Shown one piece after another: positions 27,714 to 38,681 of a stretch of DNA of 64,000 nt (position 1 is its first letter; each line of letters begins with the position of its first letter). The position numbers were made by a program, and so were the translations under genes. The notes beneath the pieces are model-generated. The model searched no databases and was not told the origin of the DNA. It worked only from the letters and a program-made list of their open reading frames with translations. Location: assembly GCA_947303895.1 (NCBI GenBank), contig CAMYZQ010000001.1:5779-69778 (forward strand). Direction: 5' to 3'. The stretch is from an uncultured Bacillota bacterium. Its GTDB lineage: Bacteria > Bacillota_I > Bacilli_A > RF39 > UBA660.

Positions 27714-30700
27714 ATGGCACAAGACATTGTTAATGAAAATCAAAAAATTTCTTATACCAATTTAGATTTCTCTTCAATTTATACTGAAGTAATAGATTTA
27801 ATTAAGCAACTTACCTATAGATGGGATCCTTCCATATCAGATGAATCTGACCCAGGTGTTGTTTTAGTAAAACTATCTTCATTAATTGCAGATAAATGCA
27901 ACTATAATATTGATAAGAATATTTTAGAAACATTTCCACTTTCTGTTACTCAGAATGGTAATGCCAGACAACTGTATGATCAACTCGGTTACTATATGAA
28001 TTGGTATGAAAGTGCTTCTGTTCCAGTGTTATTGAGCTGGGTAGGAGAAACTAATGATAGTTCTGTATCTTATACTATACCTAAATTTACAGCAATAACA
28101 GATTCAGAATCAAGCCACATTTATTCTTTAATTGGTGCTGAAGGTACTGATGATGTAATAGTATCTGATACAATATTACCTGCTGATGGTAATGCAGTAA
28201 CAGTTATAGCAATGGAGGGTACTCCAGTTCAATATCAATTTGAAAATGAGACTGTTATTACTACTCAAATGGTAGATCCAATATCAAGAAGATTATATTT
28301 TCCACATTCTTATGTATCTCAAAATGGAGTATTTATAAAGAACACTAATCAGGAAAATTACGCTTCTTGGAAAAGAGTTAATAACTTATATGAAAATTCA
28401 TATAATGAATTAAGATATGTTTTTGGCTATGATAGTAATACTGATACTTGTTTTTTAGAATTTCCAGATAATTATTCAGAATTATTTGGAAGCGGCATTG
28501 AGATTACATATTTAGTAGTACCTCAAGAAACAACTAATATTCCAGCACAAGCATTAAATAGTTTCTTAGCACCTATTGCTGTAGGTGGAGATGCTGGCAT
28601 AGTTTTAGATTCAAGTAATGTTAAAATTGTTAATTATGTAGCTGCTTCAGGTCATAAAGATATTGAAAGTATAAATGATGCTTATATTAATTATAAGAGA
28701 ACAGTTGGTACTTTCAAGACATTAATTACATTAAGAGATTATTTAAATTATATTAGAAGCCAGGAGCTTGATATTTGTTCAAACGCCTTTGTATGTGATA
28801 GAACTAATGATATTCAGTCTACATACAAAATTATGAGCAGTAATCATGATTTGGACACAATAATTGTTAAAGTAGAACAATTATTAGATAAAACAACTTT
28901 AGAATCTACATTTGACTACAAGTTTGTAAAAACATCAGATATTAATATAAATCCTTCAAAGACATATTATACAATATCTAATAATAATACATTATCTGAA
29001 GTTACTACACCTGTGCTCAGTGATTTAAGTACTTACTATGAATTATCATCAGTAGAACCAAAATATGTAGATGCATTAAGTCCATTTTCTCTTAAGTTCT
29101 ATTTACTTAGAAAAGCTATAGCTTTAAATAGCAAAACAGCATATAATCAAACATTCTCTATGATGAAAACTTATCCAGAGTTTGATTCATTATTAGAGGG
29201 TACATCACATCTTGAGCATACATATGAAGATATTCTGCCTTTAGGTGAGAATACATATATTAAATCAAATGATGATATGTGGTATGATAACAAATCATAT
29301 TGGTTATATGATTCTGAAGAAGATATTTATGAGTTAATTTCTGATACTTCTGTATTTGATGGAACACCAGCTAGCCTATCAAATGTATATAATATTGATG
29401 TAGAGGCACTTCTCCCTCATACAGTAATGTTTAAAGGTGTATATCCAGTTACATTAAATATATCTACATATAATGTATTAGATGAAGATACACAAGCAGA
29501 TATTTCGAGTAATATTATTTCAAGCTTATATTCTAATGTGAATAGTTCACAAGTGGATTTTGGTTTACCAATTTCTATAGACTATTTAGTTGAAATTGCA
29601 AAAAATAGTGATGATAGAATTAAAAATGTTACTATAGATCCGATAGAATATTCTTTATTTGCTACATATTATGACAAGAATGAAGATATTTATGTAGATG
29701 TAGAACTTAACAGTGATACGGATTCATTAACTCCAGTATCGCAAAGAAGTATTTCAGATATTGTATCTGCATTAATGAAAAAAGACATCATATGTAAATC
29801 AATATTAGCTGGTACTACACAGTTATTAGTTCCAGATGATACCTTCATATATCATTTGAGCCAAAAATATTTAGATTACATTGATGGTATAAGTAATATT
29901 ACAGGTGAAGCTATAATAGATGTACAGAATGATTCTGTTACTTCATATTCATTAGATAATGAAGATTCATTTATAAGAAAAGCATATACATTAAAGGATA
30001 ATGAAGTAGTATCCATTTATAGACCAAAATTTAATGCTACAAAAACATTTCCAAATAATGTACATTTTGAATATGTATTATATAATGATATTACTGCTGA
30101 TTCTTCTTATAAATTAAATAGTAATGAATATTTCATATTATATAATCCAATAAAAGATGATGATGCTACAACTATTATTGGTTATACAGTTTATGCTTGT
30201 AGTGCTGGTGCAATAATTCACTCTACATTTGATATACCAAAACAAACATCTTTATCAGCATTATCTGGGTTTGCTAGAGCTAGAGTAGTAACTTATTTCT
30301 CAGTTAATCCTACAAAGAATTATTATGAATTATCCACTTATAATGAGAATTATAAGACGGAAATAAGAAATAGTTCTGCAATCATAAATAATGCAATATC
30401 TGGTACAAATGAGATTCAAATACAAGAAGTTTCAACTATAACACTTGATAGAGAAGATAAATATAAATTCTTCTGGATATTAAATGAACCAACATATTCA
30501 AACAATTCAAATTTAAAGTCATATACTTTATTTGATAATTTTGATAGTGTAAATGATAATAATTCTTCAGAAGTTATAAATACTTATACTTTAAGAAACG
30601 GTGAAGCATTGTTCTACACTAATGAGTCTGCTACAGATTTTGCTATGCTCGGCCCTGGTACAACACTTATCAGAAACTGTGGTGTTGAGTCTTCAATATA

Positions 30701-33700
30701 TACTGAGATTGAAAATTCAATCTATTATGTAGCTGTTGATGATATAGCACATATACTTATAGATGGTGAGTTCGAGTTCTTAACCGATGATAATAGTGAG
30801 ATAAGGCCTTTTGCTAATGGTTTATATGAAGTATCAAGTGCAGAATTACAAACATTAGAAAGTACTGATAATCCATTAGCGAAAAATTTATATGAACAAG
30901 TTGTTCATGATGATACAACCATATCATATATACCTACATTTAATACAGAACCAGAAGAGGGTGTAGATTATTACAAATTAACATTTATAAGAACTTTAGA
31001 CACATCATTAGTTTCTGGTAAATATTACTATGTACTAGTAATGAGAAAAGAGGCTGGATGGTATATAAAGAGTAGTGTAACTGATGATAATGGTATAGAT
31101 AGAGAAATCTATGTACCTGATGAGATTGAAACAGGTTGTTTTAAAGAAGTAAATCTATATGCAACTGCAGAATTACATAATCCTAAAGAGTTAGGTTTAT
31201 ATGAAATACTCACATCTAATAATAATAAATTTATAGATCAGTATGCTTTAAATAATAATGTTGCAGCTACAAAGCAAAATAGATATACTACTACAGAAGA
31301 TACATCAGTTATAAATAGAAATATTTTATCTGATACAAAATATTCTGGCATAAACTTAACTGATATAAGTACATATACTACAATAGATATGTCAGAAATG
31401 ATAACTTCAAGTCCTGAAACACTTGGGTTATTAACACCGGTGTATAAAAAATATTATACTACTGCTTCTCATACGGAGGAAGTGCCAGTAAGTTACTTAT
31501 CAAATCCTAATGCAGAAGGTTTATGGGCATATGAATATAATCCAATAACAGGAACTTATGAATATATGCTAACATCTGATACTACACCTAAAGTTGAATC
31601 TGTAAATAAATCACTTAGTGTAGAATTATTAAAAGAAAAAGATACACTGTTTACAAACAACTTAAATAATTCTGGCTATTATTATAAACCAAGCTCAATA
31701 AATTCTACATATTATTATAATAACAATTTAGGTTCAAAATTACCTACAACAGTATATAGTAATATATCAGGCTATAGCCCTTCATTCTTAGATGCTGGTA
31801 CAGTGTTAACAGAATATGAGGGTGCGTATAATAGATCACCATTATCATATTTATTCTATTGGTTTAGTAATACATCAGCACAGACAGAATCATCATTAGA
31901 TGAGTCTACTAAGAGATTAACACAAATTGCTGCAAATTGGGCAACAGCTATTTCCTACCAAAAACCATATATGGAAGTGCCTTTATGGGATTCTAATTCT
32001 GTATATAAATATGATGATGTTGTAGCTTACTCTCCGAGCAGTGAACAGGCAGCGCTATCATACAAATGCATTGTATCTCAGGCGTCAAGTACATGGAATT
32101 ATGATGAATGGGTTAGAGTTGATACCTCTTGGGCAACATTTAAGTTTAAGACACATACTGACCCACACACTATACCAAGTGATGATAATAATTCTTATCT
32201 CATAAGTAGTATAAGAGATGCTTCAGCTATACCAGAATGGAGTAGTGAAGAGACTTATGAATATGGTGATGTTGTACTATATACAATAGACACAGACACA
32301 AACGCTTATATGTGTATAGTTGATCAGGCATCAAGCACTTGGGATTCTGAAGAATGGAAAGAAATAGATACTTCTACTGATAATAAATATATCAAGGTAG
32401 CTGGTAACACTATAATTGATAAATCTATTATAGTAGGTAATATATATCCTATATTAGATGAGGGGCCAGATTCTACTGGAACTGGTGCATGGTTCTTTAT
32501 ACCAGCTGCTTATTTAACAAGTTATGCAGAAGCAGATTTAGTAGACCCAATAAATTACTATGTATTAGATGTTGATACTTCAGTAACTCCAAATGTACCT
32601 ATATTTACATATTTGGATAATGATCTAAAACTTTCAAGATTATTCCCTAATTCAAAAAATGATGTAAGTAATTATGGAACAGTACATATATTCTTTATAC
32701 CTAAGTTATATGAGTTTAATGATTTTGTAAGGTACACTTATAAAAATTATTATGAACCAAAAGTTTTGTATAACAGAAACTGCGGAGAGATAAAAGCTTG
32801 GACTTGTACAGCTTTAGATAATGATTATATTTATAAAGACCCAATTAAGAATATTGGAGATTTATGGACATCACTGCAGACAAATACTTCATTAACATTA
32901 ATAGAAAATGAAATTCAATCATTTTCTTCTGGAGATATGCTTATATTTGAAGCAGACGAAACTTCTGAAGCATATGTATCATGGCCAACATTTAGTAATA
33001 CTGAAACAATATTAGATTTAGATTCTTACAGAGTTTCATATCAAAGAGTTGGAGAAGATATTAAAGATATTGAAACTGTGGCTGTTGATGATTATAAATG
33101 GAGAGGCTATTCTTCATTAATGCTAAATACATCAAGTACAAGTGGCCAAAAATTAGAGTATAACCATACATTAAAACTATATGATAGTGATGTAGCTGAA
33201 GATCCTATAGCAACATTGGAGGGTAGTTCACACAATAACATAACTTTCCAATTAAAATACCCTGTTGAAAATAAAGTAGGTACATTTATAGATGTATCAA
33301 CAGTAGATATGCTAGGAGAGGATATTCTTAATAAACTATATGCATTTACTCCATTTGCAAATGGTTCATATTATGCATATGATACCAGTAATTACAAAAC
33401 ATATTTATATTTTAATCAAGATGAGAACGAGGGCAGTAATCCAACTACATATTCACCATCAACAATAGATTTACCTGTAGGTTTACCATCAGGAAATTAT
33501 TTACTTGGTATGAATATGAAAGATGACATAAACCTTACTGTAAATCTTATAAATATGCTTGAAGGTATTTCCTCAGGTGGTTCTGGTATTGGTTGTAATC
33601 TTGATGCGTCTGCAGTAGTTTCTAATATTGCATATGGTAATATGAAATACACATTTGATCCAAATTATAGTAATTATTTACATTCATATGTAGATACAAG

Positions 33701-34388
33701 CAGAACAGTGTTTACTGGAGATAAATATGATTATATTTACTTAAATGTAAGTAGTGAATATAATAAAATTAAATTACCTTCATTAGTATCATATTTATTT
33801 GGTAAGTCTCCATATGCACTTGGTTGGTATATCAAACTTGATAATGATTATATTAAATGTGATTCAAGTTATACTTCAGTAGGTTCAAGCTTACTTGAAG
33901 CAATACCATTTAATGAAGATACTAGATCATTATCACCAGTCGAAGAAGGTTGGTATGAATATATACTTGATAATGGTTATTGGTTCTATGAGTTATCTAC
34001 AGATGCTGTTATGGCAGACGCTAATACAAAAACATATTATAAAGAACCAGATTTATATGTGAGTATTTCAGATGTAAATTCATATTTAAGATTTACAATA
34101 GATGATAATAAAGCACCTAGAACCTATACAATTTTAGATGTATTCAAGTATAATCAAAATCCAGCATTTGGTAGTGAATTTGATACTGTGCTAGAAAAGA
34201 TTAAAGCTTTAGATACTGATGAGCAATTTAATTATATGTTTAAGCCATCAGCTAATGATTTAATTGAAAATCCATTAGATCCTAAATCATTCTGGAATTC
34301 AAATCATGTATATAACAGTTTCATTATACCACAATTAAATTTCGATGAACTTAATTGTAGATATATCACAACTAAAATGAATAGGTAA
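27714..34388 (+). CDS. giant (2224 aa) baseplate J (gp6/gpJ)-like protein fused to a long distal region carrying CBM5/12-like carbohydrate-binding repeats
   Basis: The N-terminus YTNLDFSSIYTEVIDLIKQLTYRWDPSISDESDPGVVLVKLSSLIADKCNYNIDKNILETFPLSVTQNGNARQLYDQLGY matches the Baseplate_J family; internal repeats YKYDDVVAYSPSS..YKCIVSQASSTWNYDEWVRV and YEYGDVVLYTIDTDTNAYMCIVDQASSTWDSEEWKEI fit W....Y..GD.V.Y.G..Y.C......W....W. Confidence 0.7.
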   Translation: MAQDIVNENQKISYTNLDFSSIYTEVIDLIKQLTYRWDPSISDESDPGVVLVKLSSLIADKCNYNIDKNILETFPLSVTQNGNARQLYDQLGYYMNWYESASVPVLLSWVGETNDSSVSYTIPKFTAITDSESSHIYSLIGAEGTDDVIVSDTILPADGNAVTVIAMEGTPVQYQFENETVITTQMVDPISRRLYFPHSYVSQNGVFIKNTNQENYASWKRVNNLYENSYNELRYVFGYDSNTDTCFLEFPDNYSELFGSGIEITYLVVPQETTNIPAQALNSFLAPIAVGGDAGIVLDSSNVKIVNYVAASGHKDIESINDAYINYKRTVGTFKTLITLRDYLNYIRSQELDICSNAFVCDRTNDIQSTYKIMSSNHDLDTIIVKVEQLLDKTTLESTFDYKFVKTSDININPSKTYYTISNNNTLSEVTTPVLSDLSTYYELSSVEPKYVDALSPFSLKFYLLRKAIALNSKTAYNQTFSMMKTYPEFDSLLEGTSHLEHTYEDILPLGENTYIKSNDDMWYDNKSYWLYDSEEDIYELISDTSVFDGTPASLSNVYNIDVEALLPHTVMFKGVYPVTLNISTYNVLDEDTQADISSNIISSLYSNVNSSQVDFGLPISIDYLVEIAKNSDDRIKNVTIDPIEYSLFATYYDKNEDIYVDVELNSDTDSLTPVSQRSISDIVSALMKKDIICKSILAGTTQLLVPDDTFIYHLSQKYLDYIDGISNITGEAIIDVQNDSVTSYSLDNEDSFIRKAYTLKDNEVVSIYRPKFNATKTFPNNVHFEYVLYNDITADSSYKLNSNEYFILYNPIKDDDATTIIGYTVYACSAGAIIHSTFDIPKQTSLSALSGFARARVVTYFSVNPTKNYYELSTYNENYKTEIRNSSAIINNAISGTNEIQIQEVSTITLDREDKYKFFWILNEPTYSNNSNLKSYTLFDNFDSVNDNNSSEVINTYTLRNGEALFYTNESATDFAMLGPGTTLIRNCGVESSIYTEIENSIYYVAVDDIAHILIDGEFEFLTDDNSEIRPFANGLYEVSSAELQTLESTDNPLAKNLYEQVVHDDTTISYIPTFNTEPEEGVDYYKLTFIRTLDTSLVSGKYYYVLVMRKEAGWYIKSSVTDDNGIDREIYVPDEIETGCFKEVNLYATAELHNPKELGLYEILTSNNNKFIDQYALNNNVAATKQNRYTTTEDTSVINRNILSDTKYSGINLTDISTYTTIDMSEMITSSPETLGLLTPVYKKYYTTASHTEEVPVSYLSNPNAEGLWAYEYNPITGTYEYMLTSDTTPKVESVNKSLSVELLKEKDTLFTNNLNNSGYYYKPSSINSTYYYNNNLGSKLPTTVYSNISGYSPSFLDAGTVLTEYEGAYNRSPLSYLFYWFSNTSAQTESSLDESTKRLTQIAANWATAISYQKPYMEVPLWDSNSVYKYDDVVAYSPSSEQAALSYKCIVSQASSTWNYDEWVRVDTSWATFKFKTHTDPHTIPSDDNNSYLISSIRDASAIPEWSSEETYEYGDVVLYTIDTDTNAYMCIVDQASSTWDSEEWKEIDTSTDNKYIKVAGNTIIDKSIIVGNIYPILDEGPDSTGTGAWFFIPAAYLTSYAEADLVDPINYYVLDVDTSVTPNVPIFTYLDNDLKLSRLFPNSKNDVSNYGTVHIFFIPKLYEFNDFVRYTYKNYYEPKVLYNRNCGEIKAWTCTALDNDYIYKDPIKNIGDLWTSLQTNTSLTLIENEIQSFSSGDMLIFEADETSEAYVSWPTFSNTETILDLDSYRVSYQRVGEDIKDIETVAVDDYKWRGYSSLMLNTSSTSGQKLEYNHTLKLYDSDVAEDPIATLEGSSHNNITFQLKYPVENKVGTFIDVSTVDMLGEDILNKLYAFTPFANGSYYAYDTSNYKTYLYFNQDENEGSNPTTYSPSTIDLPVGLPSGNYLLGMNMKDDINLTVNLINMLEGISSGGSGIGCNLDASAVVSNIAYGNMKYTFDPNYSNYLHSYVDTSRTVFTGDKYDYIYLNVSSEYNKIKLPSLVSYLFGKSPYALGWYIKLDNDYIKCDSSYTSVGSSLLEAIPFNEDTRSLSPVEEGWYEYILDNGYWFYELSTDAVMADANTKTYYKEPDLYVSISDVNSYLRFTIDDNKAPRTYTILDVFKYNQNPAFGSEFDTVLEKIKALDTDEQFNYMFKPSANDLIENPLDPKSFWNSNHVYNSFIIPQLNFDELNCRYITTKMNR

Positions 34389-34398
34389 GGACAAAATA

Positions 34399-35412
34399 AT
34401 GATTCGTTATCAAGAAATGGTGCCTGATTTTTACATAGAAGCTAGTAGAGATTTTCAAGTTCTATGCAGAATGTATGATTTTGCTATGAATAGCTTAAAA
34501 TACAATATAGATTCTATGCAAAATTTGACAGACACAAGAAACATAAAAGATACAGTTCTACCCCTATTAGGAGATAAACTTGGCATTTATGATAAAGAAG
34601 CTTATTCTAATAGGCAGTTATTAGAAGCTTTACCTATTGCATTAAAATACAAAGGGTCTTTAAAGAGTGTTAATATTTTATTAAATGCATTTTTAGATTC
34701 TATGGATGTCTTTGAAAACGCTGTGGCTCTTCATTCTAAAGATGAAGAGTCTGCAGCTGAGATATCTGCAATACTAAACAGACCAATTGGACCTTATTCA
34801 ATAGTTATAATTTTATCAACATTTCCAAGTTTAACAAATCTTCATACTTTAGATGAATACTTGGATATGGTTATACCATCAGGGTTAATTGTAGAGTATG
34901 CATTTGGTGTTCCAAAAGATTACTTTGATAGGTTTAAATATAAAGAATATACATTCTTATTTTATACACATAATAATTCATATAGTACAGGTATTTCAGC
35001 ACCTTATATTAGTATGGTAAAAGGCAATTCGGATAAATATAGTGCAGTATTTAATTATGCAGGCACAGATAATATTTCAACAAGAAAAGAATTTGTAGGT
35101 GATACACCAGGTACTGTGCCATATACATTAAAACATGATGTTGTTCCAATACCACCTTCTACAAATGTTGATGTATATCAAATAGATGTAGATTCTACCA
35201 CAGGTGTTGAAACAAGAGTTAAATTAGAGTATATGTCAAGTGGCATTTATAATATAACTATACCTGATAATTGTATTACATATGTAGAATATTCTTATAA
35301 TAAAACAAAAGAATTTATTGATAAAGTCATTTCAGATATTGATGTAAATGCAGTTAGCTTAGCTACTGTTATGAGTAGAGATCAGTTCCATGAGGTAAAT
35401 GTAAATGAATAA
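34399..35412 (+). CDS. baseplate protein, P2 gpI-like
   Basis: The N-terminal QEMVPDFY...TVLPLLGDKLGI resembles the tail protein I family (LP....LAe.LG); it sits in the W-J-I gene order. Confidence 0.5.
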   Translation: MIRYQEMVPDFYIEASRDFQVLCRMYDFAMNSLKYNIDSMQNLTDTRNIKDTVLPLLGDKLGIYDKEAYSNRQLLEALPIALKYKGSLKSVNILLNAFLDSMDVFENAVALHSKDEESAAEISAILNRPIGPYSIVIILSTFPSLTNLHTLDEYLDMVIPSGLIVEYAFGVPKDYFDRFKYKEYTFLFYTHNNSYSTGISAPYISMVKGNSDKYSAVFNYAGTDNISTRKEFVGDTPGTVPYTLKHDVVPIPPSTNVDVYQIDVDSTTGVETRVKLEYMSSGIYNITIPDNCITYVEYSYNKTKEFIDKVISDIDVNAVSLATVMSRDQFHEVNVNE

Positions 35413-35989
35413 AGATGTAAATGTTTACAGAGGTAAAGTAAAAATTGCTTTTAAAAAGGGTAAGAACATACTAAAACAAACCACACATAATACTGGTCTA
35501 TCAGATATGTCATTATTATTTGTTAAGGCTATTACAGGTAACTTGGATTATTCTGTGGATATACCTAGATTAATAGATATTGGATATATGGTGCCAAGTG
35601 CTACAAATGAAGATTATTCCTATAGCAATGGTATCTGGATGTCTATTTTAAATGAACCAGCTAATATTGGTGGTAGACAGTATAAATATGATACAGAGTT
35701 AGAAAATTGGCTAGGTGTGCTTGTATCAACTGTTTATTATTCTGATTTAAATGGTGGTATATTGGATAATGTTTTATCACAAGCTGATGAAGGTTATATA
35801 AATTTAAAAGTTAGGTTATGCTCATATGAACCTAAAAATAGAAAATATTTTGCTGAAATAGATATTACTCCAGCTGAAATAAGAGAAATACGCGATTCTA
35901 CTTCTGCAATATTTTCTTGGTATACAGAATTACTATATGCAGAAGAAGGTTCTTCAGATAGTGTTTCATCTAATATTGTTGTTCAGTAA
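35405..35989 (+). CDS. hypothetical tail fibre or baseplate accessory protein
   Basis: ORF; overlaps the previous gene by 8 nt. Confidence 0.4.
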   Translation: MNKDVNVYRGKVKIAFKKGKNILKQTTHNTGLSDMSLLFVKAITGNLDYSVDIPRLIDIGYMVPSATNEDYSYSNGIWMSILNEPANIGGRQYKYDTELENWLGVLVSTVYYSDLNGGILDNVLSQADEGYINLKVRLCSYEPKNRKYFAEIDITPAEIREIRDSTSAIFSWYTELLYAEEGSSDSVSSNIVVQ

Positions 35990-36001
35990 AGGAAAAAATA
36001 A

Positions 36002-36610
36002 ATGTCATATAGATTAAATACAGATAACATTAATAGTTTCCCATCTACTAAACGAGCTTCTGTTAATAAGTTAATGACAGAAAACAGTGTAACTAGATTA
36101 ATAAATCGTCTTGTAGATGTAGATGGATTTGTAATAACTACAGGTTTAACTGATGTAGATTTTACACAAGATCTCTCTATAGATGTTTGGCATAATAATC
36201 TTGCAGATTTTGAGTTTGTAATTAGAGGTTATTATTTCTCCATATCAAGAGGAAGTAGTATATCAGGCTTAGATTATCTTTTAACTACTACTCAGTTTAA
36301 TTTTTCCGATGAAGAAGAACATACATTATTTGCTGGCATTTTCATAGATAAGACATATCCAGAGTTTCCAGAGTTATATGGACAGGAAGATATACAAGGA
36401 GAATATCAAGCTATAATTTTCTACACCAGTGATGAAGAAAAACCTGACCCACCATCTGGATTAACAGAATATGATTTTTATGAGTTCCCTTTAGTTAAAT
36501 ATATGCAAAAAGATGATGGTTCTTGGGGTAGATTTGTACCTTTAGATTCATTATTTAAGTTCTCATCAATATCAATTTCTAATATAGATGGTGGAGAAAT
36601 TTCTCTATAA
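36002..36610 (+). CDS. hypothetical tail fibre or baseplate accessory protein
   Basis: The last ORF of the structural module before a strong terminator. Confidence 0.4.
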   Translation: MSYRLNTDNINSFPSTKRASVNKLMTENSVTRLINRLVDVDGFVITTGLTDVDFTQDLSIDVWHNNLADFEFVIRGYYFSISRGSSISGLDYLLTTTQFNFSDEEEHTLFAGIFIDKTYPEFPELYGQEDIQGEYQAIIFYTSDEEKPDPPSGLTEYDFYEFPLVKYMQKDDGSWGRFVPLDSLFKFSSISISNIDGGEISL

Positions 36611-36639
36611 TTTTACTTTTTAATAAAATATGTATATAA

Positions 36640-36678
36640 TAAGGTATATAACTATATGTTATATACCTTATTTTTATT
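36640..36678 (+). terminator. strong rho-independent terminator at the boundary between the structural and replication modules
   Basis: 13-bp perfect stem taaggtatataac (36640-36652) / gttatatacctta (36658-36670), a 5-nt loop, then tttttatt. Confidence 0.7.
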
Positions 36679-36696
36679 GAACAAAGGGAGTAATAA

Positions 36697-36999
36697 ATGT
36701 CAAGTAAACATATTATTAGATGTTGCCATTGTGGTGCAGAATATTTACCAGCAGAAATTTTTTATCCTAATGATTTCTTAGGTAAGCCAAGAAACATAGA
36801 AAAAGATTTTAATGGCAAATTAATAAATTATTTAGGCTTAAATATGAATACAACAGAAACATATTATTGTGATTATTGTGGTAAGAGATTTAAGGTTGAT
36901 GCTAATGTAAAGTTTTATGTAGATTCTAAAGTTAAAAATTATAAAAATGCATATAAAACCAAATTGTCAAAACCTAGCCTATTTATGAAAGAAGATTAA
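36697..36999 (+). CDS. small Cys4 zinc-ribbon protein
   Basis: CCHCG...(47 aa)...CDYCG; SD AAGGGAG upstream; the stop overlaps the SNF2 helicase start. Confidence 0.5.
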   Translation: MSSKHIIRCCHCGAEYLPAEIFYPNDFLGKPRNIEKDFNGKLINYLGLNMNTTETYYCDYCGKRFKVDANVKFYVDSKVKNYKNAYKTKLSKPSLFMKED

Positions 37000-38681
37000 T
37001 GATATATCTACAAGAACAAATACCATATAAATTACCTGGAGAAACTTCTTTTAAAGTATCATTTAATTATGATAAAAGAGTAGTAGATACTATAAAACAG
37101 GTACCAAATGCTATTTATCATAAAAAATTACAAAGTTGGGAAATACCTGCAACAAGTTTATCTAGAGCTATAACACTGTTATCAAATTTGGATAATTTGG
37201 ATATTTCCTTATTAGAATATATAGAAAAAGAATGTAATACTGATGAGGTTAAATTAAATAAAAACTACATTACATCTCCATTCGAGTACCAACTTGAAGG
37301 CATTAAGTTTGGCATAAGACATAATACCTGGTTACTTTTAGATGCACCAGGTTTAGGTAAAACTTTACAAATGATTTACCTTGCTCAAGAATTAAAAGAA
37401 AGAGGGGAAATAAATCATTGTTTAGTTATATGTGGAGTAAATGCCTTAAAACATAACTGGAAAGCTGAAATTGAAAAACATTCACACCTTTCTGTACATA
37501 TACTTGGAGAAAAGCTTAATAAAAAAGGTAAACTTAAAGTTGGTGGTATAAAGGAAAGATTAGATGATTTAAAGGTAGAAAGAGAAGAATTCTTTACTAT
37601 TACAAATATTGAAACTTTAAGAGATGATAAAATAGTTAAAGAAATTAATAGTGGTAAAACTAGTTTTGATATGATATTATTCGATGAATGTCATAAAGCA
37701 AAATCTGTATCAGCTCAACAGAGTAAAGGTTTACAGAAATTAACTGCAAAATATAAGGTTGCTATGACTGGTACTTTATTAACCAATAATCCACTTGATG
37801 CATATGTACCATTGAAATGGCTAGGTATTGAAAATAGTACTGCTACTAATTTTAAATATTACTATTGTGTATTTGGTGGCTATTTTGATAATGAAATTGT
37901 TGGTTATAAAAATACAGATGTTTTAAAAGACCAATTATCTAAATATTCATTGAGAAGGACAAAAGACCTATTAGATTTACCACCAAAAACTGTAATACAA
38001 GAATATGTTACTATGGAAGATAAACAATCAGCTTTTTATAGTAATATTGTAGATGGTATTGTTGATCAAGTTGATAAAGTACACTTAAATCCTGCTAACA
38101 TATTATCATTAACAACTAGGTTAAGACAAGCCACTGTTTCTCCTTGGGTATTATCTTCAGAAGAAATACCAAGCGCAAAAGTTGATCGAGCTATAGATTT
38201 AATAGAAGAAATTACAGACAATGGAGATAAAGTAATTGTTTTTTCTGTATTTAAAGATCCATTAAATCAATTATATGTAAAGCTAAAAAAGTTTAATCCC
38301 GTATTAGTTACAGGTGATGTATCCGATCAAGAAGTTGAAATTAATAAGAAAAAATTTCAAGATGATATAAATTGTAAAGTAATGTTGGCGACTTCACAGA
38401 AGGCAGGTACAGGTTTTACATTAACAGCTGCGTCGTACGCTATATTTCTAGATGTACCTTGGACAGCAGCAGAGTTTGAGCAAGCTCAAGATAGAATACA
38501 CAGAATTGGCGCAAATAAAGCTGTATTTATCTATGAGTTAATTACAAAAGATACCATTGATGAAAGAGTACACGAAATTGTAAAAACAAAAGAGGCTATA
38601 TCTGATTTTATTATTGATAATAAAATATCACAGAATTCATTGGAAAGTCTTAAAAAATATATTTTAGATTTAGGTAAATAA
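36999..38681 (+). CDS. SNF2/RAD54-family DEAD-like helicase
   Basis: Motif I DAPGLGKTLQ, motif II DECHKAK, motif III TGTLLTNNPLD, motif VI QAQDRIHRIG, in the expected order. Confidence 0.85.
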   Translation: MIYLQEQIPYKLPGETSFKVSFNYDKRVVDTIKQVPNAIYHKKLQSWEIPATSLSRAITLLSNLDNLDISLLEYIEKECNTDEVKLNKNYITSPFEYQLEGIKFGIRHNTWLLLDAPGLGKTLQMIYLAQELKERGEINHCLVICGVNALKHNWKAEIEKHSHLSVHILGEKLNKKGKLKVGGIKERLDDLKVEREEFFTITNIETLRDDKIVKEINSGKTSFDMILFDECHKAKSVSAQQSKGLQKLTAKYKVAMTGTLLTNNPLDAYVPLKWLGIENSTATNFKYYYCVFGGYFDNEIVGYKNTDVLKDQLSKYSLRRTKDLLDLPPKTVIQEYVTMEDKQSAFYSNIVDGIVDQVDKVHLNPANILSLTTRLRQATVSPWVLSSEEIPSAKVDRAIDLIEEITDNGDKVIVFSVFKDPLNQLYVKLKKFNPVLVTGDVSDQEVEINKKKFQDDINCKVMLATSQKAGTGFTLTAASYAIFLDVPWTAAEFEQAQDRIHRIGANKAVFIYELITKDTIDERVHEIVKTKEAISDFIIDNKISQNSLESLKKYILDLGK

